Positions 1 through 10,591 of a DNA stretch of 64,000 nucleotides are shown here, in pieces. The notes under the pieces were generated by a model. That model was not told where the DNA came from, did no database searches, and was given only the letters and a program-made list of their open reading frames with translations. The stretch is from a virus. Position 1 is the stretch's first letter, and each line of letters starts with the position of its first letter. A program made the position numbers and the translations under genes. Location of the stretch: IMG/VR virus record IMGVR_UViG_3300042549_009011, positions 83,749 to 147,748 of that record; one strand, given 5' to 3'.

Positions 1-1
1 T

Positions 2-1273
2 AAAATCTCAGAGGATGTGTTCTTCACTTCTTTAAAAGAACTTAAAAAGTTCACAGCAAGAAGAGAGATATACAAATCTTGTAAAGAAGTAGCTTCTTTC
101 GTTAAGAACGCAGATCCGAATTTAAAATACTCTGAAATTGTAGACAAGGCAGATAAGCTTTATAACGATGGTATTCAAGGATTTGAATCTCTTGATCGTG
201 GTGCAGTTAATTTGTTTGATTTGGCAGAACCAATGATTGAAGAAAGAGGTAACAACCCAGTCACTGAGTTTGGTTTGATGGGTCCTCATAAAAGAATTAA
301 TGAGATTTATGGCTCTCTTTTTCGTGGCGGGAATATAGCAATTATTATTGCTAGGGCTAAAGTTGGTAAGACTTCATTTTGTTTAGACTACGCCACTAAG
401 GTTTCGATGGCTAATAATAACACCCCTATTCTACATTTTGATAATGGAGAAATGAGTGAAGAAGAACTTATTATGAGACAAATGTCAGCAATGACTGGAC
501 TCCCAATGTATCTTTTTGAAACTGGCAAGTGGAGAACTTCTACTTATAAAGGAATGTCTTCTAAACAAATTGTTGATTTAACAAGAGCTACATTTAAAAA
601 ACTCAAAGGAACACAATTCTTCTATGAAAACGTTGCTGGCATGAATGTTGAGGAAATGGTTTCTCTCTTGAAAAGACATTATTATTCAAAAGTTGGTCGC
701 GGCAATAAAATGATTTTTAGCTTTGACTATATTAAGAGCGACTTTTCTAATGCTGGCAAAGGAGAAGGATGGATGTTGGTTGCTAAGATGATGGATAGAT
801 TTAAACAGTGTATTCATAGAGAGCTTTGTTTTGATGGAGAAAGACCTGTAGCTATGCTTAGTTCGGTTCAAGCCAACAGAGCAGGTATCACAACAAGAAG
901 AGCAGTAGAAGATATTGTTGAAGATGAAAGTGTTATTTCTCTTTCTGACTCGATTGTCCAATTCTGTTCTCACGCTTTCCTTCTCAGGAAGAAAGTTGCT
1001 GAAGAAATTCAAGCAGAAAACGGCAAATTTGGAACACACAAACTAATCAATCTTGCAGCAAGACATTTAGGTGAAGATGCGATGTCTCACCTTGAACCAG
1101 TCACAATGCCAGATGGTTCTAAGAAAGACAATTTCATTAACCTAGATTTCAACAACTTTTCGATTATTGAAAAGGGAGATTTAAAAGACATGATTAGAGC
1201 GCAATCTGGAGAAGATATAAATTTGGCATCAGACGAATCAAATTCAACCATACCAATGGTACTTAGACAATGA
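2..1273 (+). CDS. dnaB: DnaB-like (SF4) replicative helicase, 5'-truncated by window edge
   Basis: Walker A ARAKVGKT, FDNGEM, FDYIK, VQANR motifs; frame open to the window start. Confidence 0.88.
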   Translation, partial: KISEDVFFTSLKELKKFTARREIYKSCKEVASFVKNADPNLKYSEIVDKADKLYNDGIQGFESLDRGAVNLFDLAEPMIEERGNNPVTEFGLMGPHKRINEIYGSLFRGGNIAIIIARAKVGKTSFCLDYATKVSMANNNTPILHFDNGEMSEEELIMRQMSAMTGLPMYLFETGKWRTSTYKGMSSKQIVDLTRATFKKLKGTQFFYENVAGMNVEEMVSLLKRHYYSKVGRGNKMIFSFDYIKSDFSNAGKGEGWMLVAKMMDRFKQCIHRELCFDGERPVAMLSSVQANRAGITTRRAVEDIVEDESVISLSDSIVQFCSHAFLLRKKVAEEIQAENGKFGTHKLINLAARHLGEDAMSHLEPVTMPDGSKKDNFINLDFNNFSIIEKGDLKDMIRAQSGEDINLASDESNSTIPMVLRQ

Positions 1274-2325
1274 CAGATTACAAAACTATACTTGAGAACC
1301 TTGGATATAAGTTGATAGATAGAGGCTCTTTTTGGCAAACAACAGCAGTTTATCGCGGAGGAGATAACCCAACCGCAGTTCAAGTGTATAAAAATACAGG
1401 GACTTGGAAAGATTATGTAGAAGATACAGAGTTTTTACCTTTCGAGGTTCTGCTAAAGAAAACATTGAATACCAGAGATGATCTCAAAATAAGAGAATTG
1501 CTTAAAGGTATAAAATCCAACATAGAACAAGAAACTAAACAAAAAAAACTTTTGAGCGAAGAAAAAACATATAATCCAACTTGTCTTAAAAAATTATTGC
1601 CTCATTATGACTTTTACTCTAAGCCTCCTCGATCAATAAGTCAGGAAACACTAAAAGACTACCAATGTGGACTCGCTAATAGCGGTAAACTTTATCAAAG
1701 AATAGTGTTTCCTATATTCAACAAAGATGGAAAAATTCATGGATTTTCTGGAAGAAAAATTTTAGATAAAAATGATTCACCGAAATGGCTTCATTTAGGT
1801 AAAAAAACAAACTGGTTCTATCCTTATTATTCTAATCCTAAAACAGAAAATGCTATAAAAGAAAAACGCTCCGTTTATCTCGTAGAATCAATTGGTGATT
1901 CTCTAGCTTTATATGATGCTGGCATCGAGAATAATTTAGTTTGTTTTGGAACAGCAATATCTCCAAAATTTATTTCATATCTAAGTTCTTTAAATGTAGA
2001 TAAAATTTATGTCTCATTAAACAATGACTTTCAAAGTGAAAGAAATCGTGGATTCGAAGGCTCACTCAAAGTTATATTTAAACTATCTGAAATAATTGAT
2101 TTTAAAAAGATTTATTTTGCACCTCCACATAAAAATGATTTTGGAGCGATGAATAAAATAGATATAGATTCTTTTAATTCTCAGATAGAAAAGACAGATC
2201 ATAAACTTTCTATTTCTAATATAATAGAATTTGGAAAACAAATTAATACAGAGACAAAACAGCCACCAGCATTTTCTAAAAATTTAAAAAATTTGTGCAA
2301 ACTTTACAATTTCAATTATGGATGA
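1270..2325 (+). CDS. dnaG: DnaG-type DNA primase (TOPRIM)
   Basis: RIVFPI..GFSGR..PKW, VYLVESIGD, NND TOPRIM motifs; overlaps helicase stop (ATGA). Confidence 0.85.
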   Translation: MTDYKTILENLGYKLIDRGSFWQTTAVYRGGDNPTAVQVYKNTGTWKDYVEDTEFLPFEVLLKKTLNTRDDLKIRELLKGIKSNIEQETKQKKLLSEEKTYNPTCLKKLLPHYDFYSKPPRSISQETLKDYQCGLANSGKLYQRIVFPIFNKDGKIHGFSGRKILDKNDSPKWLHLGKKTNWFYPYYSNPKTENAIKEKRSVYLVESIGDSLALYDAGIENNLVCFGTAISPKFISYLSSLNVDKIYVSLNNDFQSERNRGFEGSLKVIFKLSEIIDFKKIYFAPPHKNDFGAMNKIDIDSFNSQIEKTDHKLSISNIIEFGKQINTETKQPPAFSKNLKNLCKLYNFNYG

Positions 2326-3379
2326 AATAAAAAATATTCCATTATCTGCGTCAAGAATAAAAACTCTACAGACATGTAGCTGGTTATACTATTATAATTA
2401 TGTTCTTAAACTTCCAGATAAATCAAACGAAGGATCTTTAAGAGGAAGTTGTGTTCACAATATATTTGAATGCTTGGGCAACCCAAGACATAAAAAACAT
2501 TATAATATAATTGTCAAGAAACAAGATTCATTTGCTTCGTCTGTAGTAGAAAGATATGTTCGTAAATTTGCAAAAAAATATAAGATAGATGATTTTGAAA
2601 ATATTGATTCTATGAATGCAATGATTTTGTCTGGATTAAATTATGATTTCTTCAGCAAAAAGCATGGTAAGCCAACCGAATCAATTAGTGAAAAAGATTT
2701 TGATATTTCTATAAGCGATGAAAACAAAAACTATAGAATACTTGGATTCATAGATAAATTATTTTTGTTTAAGAAAAAAAGCACGGCATTGATTAGAGAT
2801 TTTAAATCTTCGAAATCAGTTTTTTCTGGCTATGAAATAACAGATAATATTCAGCATCTAATGTATTGTTTGGCGGTTAAACACCTCTATCCAGAATATG
2901 CCAAAAGAGATATGGAATTTCTTTTCTTAAAATTCGATCCAGAGAATGGTGGACTTTTAGTAATGGAAGATGTTGAAGAAGACGAGCTTGAAGGCTTTGA
3001 ATTTTTCTTGAGTGAAATACAAAAAGTTATCAATAAATTTGATAGCAAAACAGCAACATCTTCAATGGCTTACGATAAGGGTTATCCAAGCAAGGACGAA
3101 GGCTTCTGCGGCAGAGCAGTTTGCGGCAGAGCAGAATTTGCTGGTCAACTAAAAAAAGATGGAACTCCAATGTGGCATTGCAAAGCCAAATTTGCACAAA
3201 ACTTTTGGCTTCTTAAAAATGAAAAAGGAGAAACGATTAAAAGCGCATTCTCAGATGATAAAAAATCTCTTGAAGAAATTATGGATAAATATCCAAATTC
3301 AAAAATAGAAAAATTCGCTTACGAAGGTTGTCCAAAATTTAATAAAAAAATGGTTGACAAATACGATGCTTTCTTGTAA
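2318..3379 (+). CDS. PD-(D/E)XK RecB/Cas4-like exonuclease
   Basis: LSASRIK..C, GFIDKL..RDFKS, QxxxY, C-terminal cysteines. Confidence 0.8.
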   Translation: MDEIKNIPLSASRIKTLQTCSWLYYYNYVLKLPDKSNEGSLRGSCVHNIFECLGNPRHKKHYNIIVKKQDSFASSVVERYVRKFAKKYKIDDFENIDSMNAMILSGLNYDFFSKKHGKPTESISEKDFDISISDENKNYRILGFIDKLFLFKKKSTALIRDFKSSKSVFSGYEITDNIQHLMYCLAVKHLYPEYAKRDMEFLFLKFDPENGGLLVMEDVEEDELEGFEFFLSEIQKVINKFDSKTATSSMAYDKGYPSKDEGFCGRAVCGRAEFAGQLKKDGTPMWHCKAKFAQNFWLLKNEKGETIKSAFSDDKKSLEEIMDKYPNSKIEKFAYEGCPKFNKKMVDKYDAFL

Positions 3380-3388
3380 GCTCAAATT

Positions 3389-4081
3389 GTGATACCATTA
3401 TTCAAAACTCACGCCTCAATTGGTAAGAGTATTTTAAAAAATTCAGATATACTCTCTTTTCAAAAAGATAGAGAATTAAAGCAAGTCGTTATGGTAGAAG
3501 ATACCTTTTACGGCTTTAGAGAAATTAATCAAAAATTGATAGAGGCTAATAGTCAATTAATTTTTGGTATAAGATTATCTGTAGTCGAAAATAAAACTGA
3601 CGAGCTATCTAGCAAGCTTATTTATTTTGCCAAAAATAACGAAGGAGCAAAGCAGATTAAAAATCTTTATACAAAAGCAAATTGCTCAGACTCTGGAAAC
3701 TTAGTTTTAAATGAATTAAAACAAGAAGAGTATTCTGAAATAAAAGTCGGCGTTCCATTTTATGATTCATTTATATATCAGAATATTTTTAATTTTGGAC
3801 TTTGCGATGTAAACATAAAAAGATTTGACCACTTCTTTTTTGAAGAAAAAAATGATCATCCATTTGACGCAATAATTTCGCAACAGCTTAAAAGCTTTTG
3901 CAAAAAAACTGTTTTGTCAAAATCTATCTATTACAAGAACAGACAAGATGTTGAAGCTTTTCAGTTTTATAAAGCAGTATGTAATAGATCAGGCGGCAGG
4001 TCGCCAAATTTTGGTAATCCAAATATTGAACATTTTTGTTCTCCAGAATTTTGTTGGGAATCTTACTTAGAAAATAAATAA
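3389..4081 (+). CDS. Stand-alone PHP domain of DNA polymerase III alpha
   Basis: N-terminus KTHASIGKSIL and later FAKNNEG resemble DnaE PHP; GTG start; precedes exo and DnaE core. Confidence 0.7.
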   Translation: MIPLFKTHASIGKSILKNSDILSFQKDRELKQVVMVEDTFYGFREINQKLIEANSQLIFGIRLSVVENKTDELSSKLIYFAKNNEGAKQIKNLYTKANCSDSGNLVLNELKQEEYSEIKVGVPFYDSFIYQNIFNFGLCDVNIKRFDHFFFEEKNDHPFDAIISQQLKSFCKKTVLSKSIYYKNRQDVEAFQFYKAVCNRSGGRSPNFGNPNIEHFCSPEFCWESYLENK

Positions 4082-4704
4082 TGCCTTTACCATATAATCA
4101 AAAATATATAACTTTCGATACAGAGACAAACGGATTAAATCTAGTTAATGTCAAGCCTTGGCAAATTGCTTGGACTCTTTCAGAAGGAAGCAAGATAACA
4201 AAAGTCTATGACGAATATATAGATTGGTCTGATTTGCATATCAGTGATGAAATTGCAAAATTAACAGGATTCAATAAAAAAGAATATAATAGACGCAAAA
4301 AACCAGCAGAAGAGATTTTGGCAAAATTCAAAAAAGATTTATTTGATGAATCAAGAATTGTTATTGGTCAGAATCTAATAGGCTATGATGTTTATGTTGT
4401 GGCTTCTTGGCAAAAACATCTTGGAGAAACGCCAGACTATTCTTATATGTCTCGCATTTATGATACAAGACCTTTGGGCAAAGCTTATAAAGAAGGCATC
4501 AATCCACCTTCTGGCAATAAAGACTTTCTTAGCTGGCAATATAAAATTATGCATGACAGAAGTTTAAAAGCTAAATCTTCACAACTTTATCAACTTAAAA
4601 ATTTAGGTATTGACTTTGATGAATCAAAGCTTCATGATGGAGCTTACGATGTCGAAATGACATTTAAAATTTTCTTAGAACTTAAAAAAAGAATGAGCCT
4701 ATAA
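4081..4704 (+). CDS. dnaQ: DnaQ-like DEDDh 3'-5' exonuclease
   Basis: FDTETNG (ExoI), GQNLIGYD (ExoII), HDGAYD (ExoIII); TAATG overlap. Confidence 0.88.
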   Translation: MPLPYNQKYITFDTETNGLNLVNVKPWQIAWTLSEGSKITKVYDEYIDWSDLHISDEIAKLTGFNKKEYNRRKKPAEEILAKFKKDLFDESRIVIGQNLIGYDVYVVASWQKHLGETPDYSYMSRIYDTRPLGKAYKEGINPPSGNKDFLSWQYKIMHDRSLKAKSSQLYQLKNLGIDFDESKLHDGAYDVEMTFKIFLELKKRMSL

Positions 4705-7271
4705 TGTTTGAAGATTTCCAAATATATAATTGTCACGAACCTGCTGGAGTAGAACTTCCTAAGATTTCTTTAACTAAAGAAGAGCTTATTGATATTGATG
4801 CCAATTTGACAGAGCAAACATCTAGTATAGATGTTTTAAAAAGTCTTGTAAGAAAAGGTCTTAGAGACAAGGGAATAACCAAGCTCCCAAACAAAGAAGA
4901 ATATTATAATCGTGCCAAATCAGAATTAGATATTTTTGAAGAACTTGGGTTTGTTGATTATGTTCTTTTAAACTGGGACATTATTGGTTTCTGCCACAAG
5001 AACGACATTCCAGTTGGCAATGCGAGGGGAAGTGCTGCTGGTAGCTTGGTGCTTTATTTATTGAGAGTGACTAACGTTGATCCAATAGAACATGGTCTTT
5101 TCTTTGAGAGATTCGTTTCTAAAAGTCGTGCTAAAAAAATCAAAGATGAAAACGGCAAAGAATTTCTTGTAGGTAGTCTATTGCCAGATGTTGACTCTGA
5201 TATTTCTTATGATCAGAGACAAAGAGTAATTAATTATATTGAAGAGAAGCATGTTGGTAAAACTTCTAAAATTCTAACATTCAATACGTTCAGTGCGAAA
5301 CTCTGCATTAGAGAATCTGTCAAATACTTCGAAGAAGCAAAAGAGGATGATGCAAACATAGTTAGCGATCTTATTCCTAAGAGTCACGGAGTTGTTTTCT
5401 CTTTGGAGAAGTCTAAACAAGAAAACGAAACATTTAAAAAATGGACAGAGCTTCATGAAAAGGCTTATGAAAACGCTTTAAAAATAGAAGACTTATATAA
5501 GAATACTGGAGTCCATCCTTCTGGTATTGCAATCTGTTCTAGAAACATCGAAGAGATAATGCCTATTCAAAAAACAAAAGACGGAGCATTAGTTTCTGGC
5601 TATGATATGAATGGAGTATCTGATTTGATGGTAAAATTCGATATCCTTGGATTAAGAACTTTAACAATTGCACATAACACATGCAAAAAGATTGGTATAG
5701 ATCTTTCTAACATAGATCACAAAGATCCATTTATTTATCAAGTATTCCAAAGTTTTGAACATCCAGTTGGATTGTTCCAAATTTCAGCAGAAACAAACTT
5801 TAAGGTTTGCCAAGAAGTTAAGCCAAATTGCTTGGGCGAGCTTTCTGACGTTATAGCATTAGCTAGACCAGCGACTTTACAGTTTATATCGGAATATGTT
5901 CAACAGAAAAGGAATCCTCAAAAAATTGGAATTAACGATCAACTAGATGATCTATTACAAAATTCAAAGAACGTCATGCTTTATCAAGAAACGATGATGT
6001 TCGCTGCAAACAAAGTATTTGGTATGAGCCTAGAAGAAGCAGAAACTTTAAGAAGAGTTGTCGGTAAAAAGAAAATCGAAGAGATCCCAGCTTGGAAAGA
6101 TAAAATTTATCAAGCAGCAGAAAATAAAAATTTAAGAAAAGAAGTTGCTGACTATTTTTGGGCGTTCGTTGAAGCGGCAGGTAACTATTCATTTAACCTT
6201 TCTCACTCAATATCCTACGCTATTCTTGCAGCAAAAACAGTTTATCTAAAATTCAAACATCCAAAAGAATTTTTCATATCCGTCTTGGAATCATCTCAAT
6301 TCGAACCAGATCCTCTAACAACAGTAGCGGAAGTAAACCAAGAATTAAGAGACTTCAATATCAAATTGCTACCACCTTCTCTTGAGAAATCTCAAATGAA
6401 CTTTTCGGTAGAAGGAGACAACATAAGATACGGCTTGAATAGCATTAAAGGTATTTCAGAAAAATCTTTAAACTCTTTGATTGATTTTAGAGGTAAAGAA
6501 TTCAATAACAAATATGAAATTTTTACTGCCGCTAAACAATCTGGATTAAACATATCAGTATTGTCTGCGTTGATTCAAGCTGGAGCAATGGAGGAGTCTG
6601 GTAAAGATAGAAGTAGAACTGTGTTAGAATGCCAAGCTTTCAATTTATTAACAGATAGAGAAAAAAGAAATTTCTGTAAAATAGGAGAAAGATTTGGTTA
6701 TGATATTCTTGATTCGATTTCTGAAGTTGTAGAGAAGAAGATTTTAGGAGACGATAACAAGCTGATGATTTCAGAAAAAAGATTTGAAACATTTAAAAAT
6801 AATTTCAAAAAATATAGAGAAATATATCAGCACAATAAAAAGTTTGAAAAATTTGCAAACTGGTGGTATGAAACAACTTTGCTTGGCTACAGCTATTCTA
6901 ATTGTTTGAAAGATTGTTTCGTTGACGAGTTTGGAGTAATGTCTAATACTTTAGAAATAAAAGACGTAGCAGATAGAGAGACTTTCAAAACAGCAGTTCA
7001 AGTTACTGACTTTTTTGTAAAAACTTCTGCGGCAGGTAATAAATATATGAACATTACAGGCACAGATGAAAAAGGTCTTGCAAAATTCTTATTTATGGAT
7101 AATAGAAGAGAGTCGAAATTAACAGACTTCTTGGATAGCGGTAATAAAATAAACAAAAACGATGTTTTAATATTAACTGGTAGCAAAAGCGGAGACGCAC
7201 TGTTTGTCGAATCTATAAAAGTTATTGATACAAAAATTTACATGAAAACCAAAGATCTTAAAAATGACTAA
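4704..7271 (+). CDS. dnaE: DNA polymerase III alpha catalytic core (lacks PHP)
   Basis: RGSAAGS, FERF, PDVDSD, HPSG, KFDILGL, YSFNLSH, IRYGLNSIKG motifs. Confidence 0.95.
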   Translation: MFEDFQIYNCHEPAGVELPKISLTKEELIDIDANLTEQTSSIDVLKSLVRKGLRDKGITKLPNKEEYYNRAKSELDIFEELGFVDYVLLNWDIIGFCHKNDIPVGNARGSAAGSLVLYLLRVTNVDPIEHGLFFERFVSKSRAKKIKDENGKEFLVGSLLPDVDSDISYDQRQRVINYIEEKHVGKTSKILTFNTFSAKLCIRESVKYFEEAKEDDANIVSDLIPKSHGVVFSLEKSKQENETFKKWTELHEKAYENALKIEDLYKNTGVHPSGIAICSRNIEEIMPIQKTKDGALVSGYDMNGVSDLMVKFDILGLRTLTIAHNTCKKIGIDLSNIDHKDPFIYQVFQSFEHPVGLFQISAETNFKVCQEVKPNCLGELSDVIALARPATLQFISEYVQQKRNPQKIGINDQLDDLLQNSKNVMLYQETMMFAANKVFGMSLEEAETLRRVVGKKKIEEIPAWKDKIYQAAENKNLRKEVADYFWAFVEAAGNYSFNLSHSISYAILAAKTVYLKFKHPKEFFISVLESSQFEPDPLTTVAEVNQELRDFNIKLLPPSLEKSQMNFSVEGDNIRYGLNSIKGISEKSLNSLIDFRGKEFNNKYEIFTAAKQSGLNISVLSALIQAGAMEESGKDRSRTVLECQAFNLLTDREKRNFCKIGERFGYDILDSISEVVEKKILGDDNKLMISEKRFETFKNNFKKYREIYQHNKKFEKFANWWYETTLLGYSYSNCLKDCFVDEFGVMSNTLEIKDVADRETFKTAVQVTDFFVKTSAAGNKYMNITGTDEKGLAKFLFMDNRRESKLTDFLDSGNKINKNDVLILTGSKSGDALFVESIKVIDTKIYMKTKDLKND

Positions 7272-9579
7272 TCTTCCAATTACAAATCATCTTAAAAGCA
7301 ACATCCATAAAGCAAAACAATTAGCTGAAAATTTGGGCAGAAATGGAGTTGATCCAGATTTAATTCTCTATAGTATTTTAACATATCCTTCTTTGGGATC
7401 AGAAGAAATTTTTTCTAACATTTCGTTAGATATAAAATCATTACAAAATGCTTTAACAGAAGATATCTCTAAAAAGAAAAAAACTAAAATCATTTCTGAT
7501 CATTTAACTCATAGAACAAAAGAATTATTTCTAAGAGCAGAAAATATTTGTTTGGAAAATTTTAAAATTGATTATATATGTTCTGAAGCTTTGCTGCTCT
7601 GTTTCTTTACAGAAGACTTCATGCCGAAGTGTTTTAAAAAATTTTTTAATATTTCCAATGAAGTAGAGCTTTATTCACTAGAGGAAGTTCAAAAGCTATT
7701 TGCTTCTACGGCAATTCATATTAAAGATTACAAAGAAGAAAATGAATATGAAATAGATTTAAATTTAGAAGAAGATGAAACTCTTCTATTCTTAGACATG
7801 TTCGAAGATAATGGAATCTTATCCGAATTTGCAGAAAATCTTAACTTAAAAGCGGCTCATGGAGCATTTGAGCAAATCGTTGATTTCGATGGTAAGATAA
7901 ATGAGCTTACAGCTATTCTATGTAGAAAGAAAAAACCGAACGCTATTCTAGTTGGTGGCGGCGGTGTTGGTAAAAGCTCGATTGTGGAAAGCCTAGCTTT
8001 AATGATTGTTAATGGAGAAGCTCCAGAATTGTTAGCTAATAAAGTTATTTATTCTTTAAACTTATCTTCTATGGTTGCTGGAACAATGTATAGAGGGCAA
8101 TTTGAGGAAAGACTTAAAAACTTTGTAGATGAAATAAAAAAATACAACAATATCATTCTGTTTATTGATGAAATTCACACTTTAGTTGGCGCTGGAGGAG
8201 GAGCTTCTTCTTCTCTTGAGGCTTCGAATGCACTCAAGCCAGAACTGGCAAGGGGAACGATATCCTGTATTGGGGCCACAACAATTAATGAATATACAGA
8301 AAGCATTAAAAAAGATGCAGCTTTAGATAGACGCTTTGAGAGAGTCTTGGTTAGAGAACCTTCTAAGTTTATTATGAAGCAGATTTTACCGACCATAGTA
8401 TCTTACTATGAAGAATTTCATGGCGTTGAATACTCAAAAGATTTTACAGATAATGTAGTTGAGTTTTGTGAGAAATTTCTTCCAAATAGATTTTATCCAG
8501 ATAAAGCAGTTACTGTAATTGACCATTGTGGAGCGCAAGCAAAAGTAAACTTTTGGGAAAGAGATGATTCCATCAAAGAATCTCATCAAAATATTCTTTT
8601 TAAAATAAGTGAAAATGGAGAAATACCAGCAGAATTATTTGAAGATCTTAATAAAAAATTAGAAAGCTGGGAAGAAAGGCTATCAAAAGAAACGCCAGTT
8701 GTAGAAATGCAGCATTTAAAGGACTATTTTGAGAAAAAGAAAAATCCATTAGCATCTTTTGAAATCTGTAAAGAAGTCTCTTCTTATATTAAGAAAGAAT
8801 TTGTTGGTCAGAAAAAAGCAATCAAAGATTTCTTTGAGACGATCAACAAGGTTTCTATGGGTCTTGGCAAAAAGAACTCAAGCTCTTCTCCAGACAGTTA
8901 TCTTTTTTATGGAGTGAAATCTTCTGGTAAAACATTATTTTCTAAAACCCTAAAAGATGGATTAGAGAAAAGTGGAGCATCAGTGATTTATTACAATGGA
9001 TCTCAATTATCTGATAATTATGCTCAATACAAAATCATTTCTGAATTAAACAGAAACACCACGCTTTGCGAAAAAGTAGTAATGAATCCAAATTGCGTAA
9101 TCATAGTAGATGACTTTAACAGCATACATCATGATTGCATTAATCTTTTTTCTCAAATTCTAAAAGAGGGAAGATTACAAATGAGTAATGGCGATATTGC
9201 AGATTTTTCAAACTGTAAATTCGTCTTTACTTGTGGAACGAATAATCAGAAGTCTATGGGCTTTAATTTAGAACAAAGCGAGTTAAATGCAGAAATCAAC
9301 AAAGACATACTTGCTTTGATCGAAAAAAGCTTCTTACTGACAACTCCTAATAAAGTAGATCTTAGAAGAATTACATACAATAGACTCAAAGAAATAAAAA
9401 CAAACTTGGGTTATCAAGATGTTGCTTTCAATTTTGATTTTAATTTAATTAAAAATATAGTCGATAAAGTTGACTGCAAAGACTGCTGCATTCAAGAGTT
9501 GAACTCTATTATTGAAAAAGATATAGTAAATAAAATATCTGAAAAATTACTAAAGGGAGAAGCCTTGTCATTCTTCTAA
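7264..9579 (+). CDS. ClpC/ClpA-like Hsp100 AAA+ ATPase
   Basis: Clp N-domain, GGGGVGKS, YRGQFEERL, LFIDEIH, DAALDRRF; second NBD GVKSSGKT; SMGF loop. Confidence 0.9.
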   Translation: MTNLPITNHLKSNIHKAKQLAENLGRNGVDPDLILYSILTYPSLGSEEIFSNISLDIKSLQNALTEDISKKKKTKIISDHLTHRTKELFLRAENICLENFKIDYICSEALLLCFFTEDFMPKCFKKFFNISNEVELYSLEEVQKLFASTAIHIKDYKEENEYEIDLNLEEDETLLFLDMFEDNGILSEFAENLNLKAAHGAFEQIVDFDGKINELTAILCRKKKPNAILVGGGGVGKSSIVESLALMIVNGEAPELLANKVIYSLNLSSMVAGTMYRGQFEERLKNFVDEIKKYNNIILFIDEIHTLVGAGGGASSSLEASNALKPELARGTISCIGATTINEYTESIKKDAALDRRFERVLVREPSKFIMKQILPTIVSYYEEFHGVEYSKDFTDNVVEFCEKFLPNRFYPDKAVTVIDHCGAQAKVNFWERDDSIKESHQNILFKISENGEIPAELFEDLNKKLESWEERLSKETPVVEMQHLKDYFEKKKNPLASFEICKEVSSYIKKEFVGQKKAIKDFFETINKVSMGLGKKNSSSSPDSYLFYGVKSSGKTLFSKTLKDGLEKSGASVIYYNGSQLSDNYAQYKIISELNRNTTLCEKVVMNPNCVIIVDDFNSIHHDCINLFSQILKEGRLQMSNGDIADFSNCKFVFTCGTNNQKSMGFNLEQSELNAEINKDILALIEKSFLLTTPNKVDLRRITYNRLKEIKTNLGYQDVAFNFDFNLIKNIVDKVDCKDCCIQELNSIIEKDIVNKISEKLLKGEALSFF

Positions 9580-9600
9580 AAATTAAAGAAATAAAGATAA

Positions 9601-9629
9601 AAAAAGAGCGGGGCGAACCCCGCTCTTTT
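9601..9629. terminator. Bidirectional intrinsic terminator
   Basis: AAAAAGAGCGGGG-CGAA-CCCCGCTCTTTT between convergent genes. Confidence 0.85.
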
Positions 9630-9654
9630 AGTGTTTAGCTTTAATTAGCTAATA

Positions 9655-9864
9655 TTAGCCAACATTAGCTGACTTGATGCTAGTTTTAGCAAGCTTACGC
9701 TCAACGCGCTTATTACGGTCATAGACGCGAATAAACGAGTTAGTTTCGCCCAAGAACTGAGCATTCATAACTTCTCCATTATTCGTATAAAGACCGAAGA
9801 AGCGACCTTTGGATTGACGAATAGAGTTAAGAGTTCCGATTTGTTGTTTAGTCATTTTTTTCAT
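9655..9864 (-). CDS. Small basic hypothetical protein
   Basis: ORF directly behind TTGACT-17-TAATAT promoter; start adjusted. Confidence 0.65.
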   Translation of the reverse strand: MKKMTKQQIGTLNSIRQSKGRFFGLYTNNGEVMNAQFLGETNSFIRVYDRNKRVERKLAKTSIKSANVG

Positions 9865-9960
9865 GAGGCAATATATTAGCAAATAAATACGAAAAAGTCA
9901 AGCGGAAAATATATATTTTTTTTCATTGACTTTTTTTTTAATTATGTTAATATAAATCCA

Positions 9961-10137
9961 ATGAATAGCAAAAAAGCGAAGCAAATTAAAAAAGCTATTA
10001 TTTCACCTGAAAATAAAAACAATCCAATTTTCAGAAGAATGTATAGAAGACATAAAAAACTATATGCAAGAACTCCAGAACAGCAAAAACCAGTATTGCT
10101 TAAAGCAATTCAAGAAAAATTTAATTATGAGCGATAA
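9961..10137 (+). CDS. 58-aa basic hypothetical protein (below ORF-track cutoff)
   Basis: MNSKKAKQ...; behind TTGACT-16-TAATAT. Confidence 0.6.
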   Translation: MNSKKAKQIKKAIISPENKNNPIFRRMYRRHKKLYARTPEQQKPVLLKAIQEKFNYER

Positions 10138-10330
10138 TAACAAAAAAGAAAATGATTGGTCAAAGCGCGAAATTGGTGCTTTGTGGAAAAAAGAAAATGC
10201 TTCTCAAAGCTTCTACACTGGAAAGGTAACAGTTAAAGGTCAAGAACTAGAGATTATCTGCTTTGCTAATAAGCATAAAACAGAAAGTAAGCATCCAGAT
10301 ATTAGAATCTATATTTCAGAACCAAAATAA
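10127..10330 (+). CDS. DUF736-like small protein
   Basis: EIGALWKK...YTG...HPDIRI pattern; start moved to MSDNN. Confidence 0.55.
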   Translation: MSDNNKKENDWSKREIGALWKKENASQSFYTGKVTVKGQELEIICFANKHKTESKHPDIRIYISEPK

Positions 10331-10515
10331 TGACCCAAGAAAAAGAAGAATTAATTAAAACAAAGCTTATTCAAAAAATTCTTGAAGATGCAACTTTTGC
10401 TGATATCGTGAAAATTCTTCACGAATTAGCTAAAAGAGAAGCAGAAGAGGTTCTTTCTGAATTAAAAGACGAAGAAAAAGAAGGGCTTTATAAAGAACTC
10501 TTTGATAAAGAATAA
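10330..10515 (+). CDS. Hypothetical protein
   Basis: TAATG-coupled ORF. Confidence 0.6.
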   Translation: MTQEKEELIKTKLIQKILEDATFADIVKILHELAKREAEEVLSELKDEEKEGLYKELFDKE

Positions 10516-10541
10516 AATAAGCATTATTACTTAATCAAAAT

Positions 10542-10577
10542 AGCCCTCAACGTAACAAAAATGCGTTGAGGGCTTTT
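10542..10577 (+). terminator. Intrinsic terminator
   Basis: AGCCCTCAACGTA...TGCGTTGAGGGCT-TTT. Confidence 0.7.
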
Positions 10578-10591
10578 AATTTAAAAATTAT

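Noticed and set aside
4070-4710. Programmed frameshifts fusing PHP, exo and DnaE
   Set aside because: Junctions are plain TAATG couplings also used elsewhere (10330, 17317); no convincing slippery site plus stimulator at the junctions.
4704-7271. Intein or intron in dnaE
   Set aside because: Motifs are collinear at normal spacing; no splicing or homing-endonuclease motifs.
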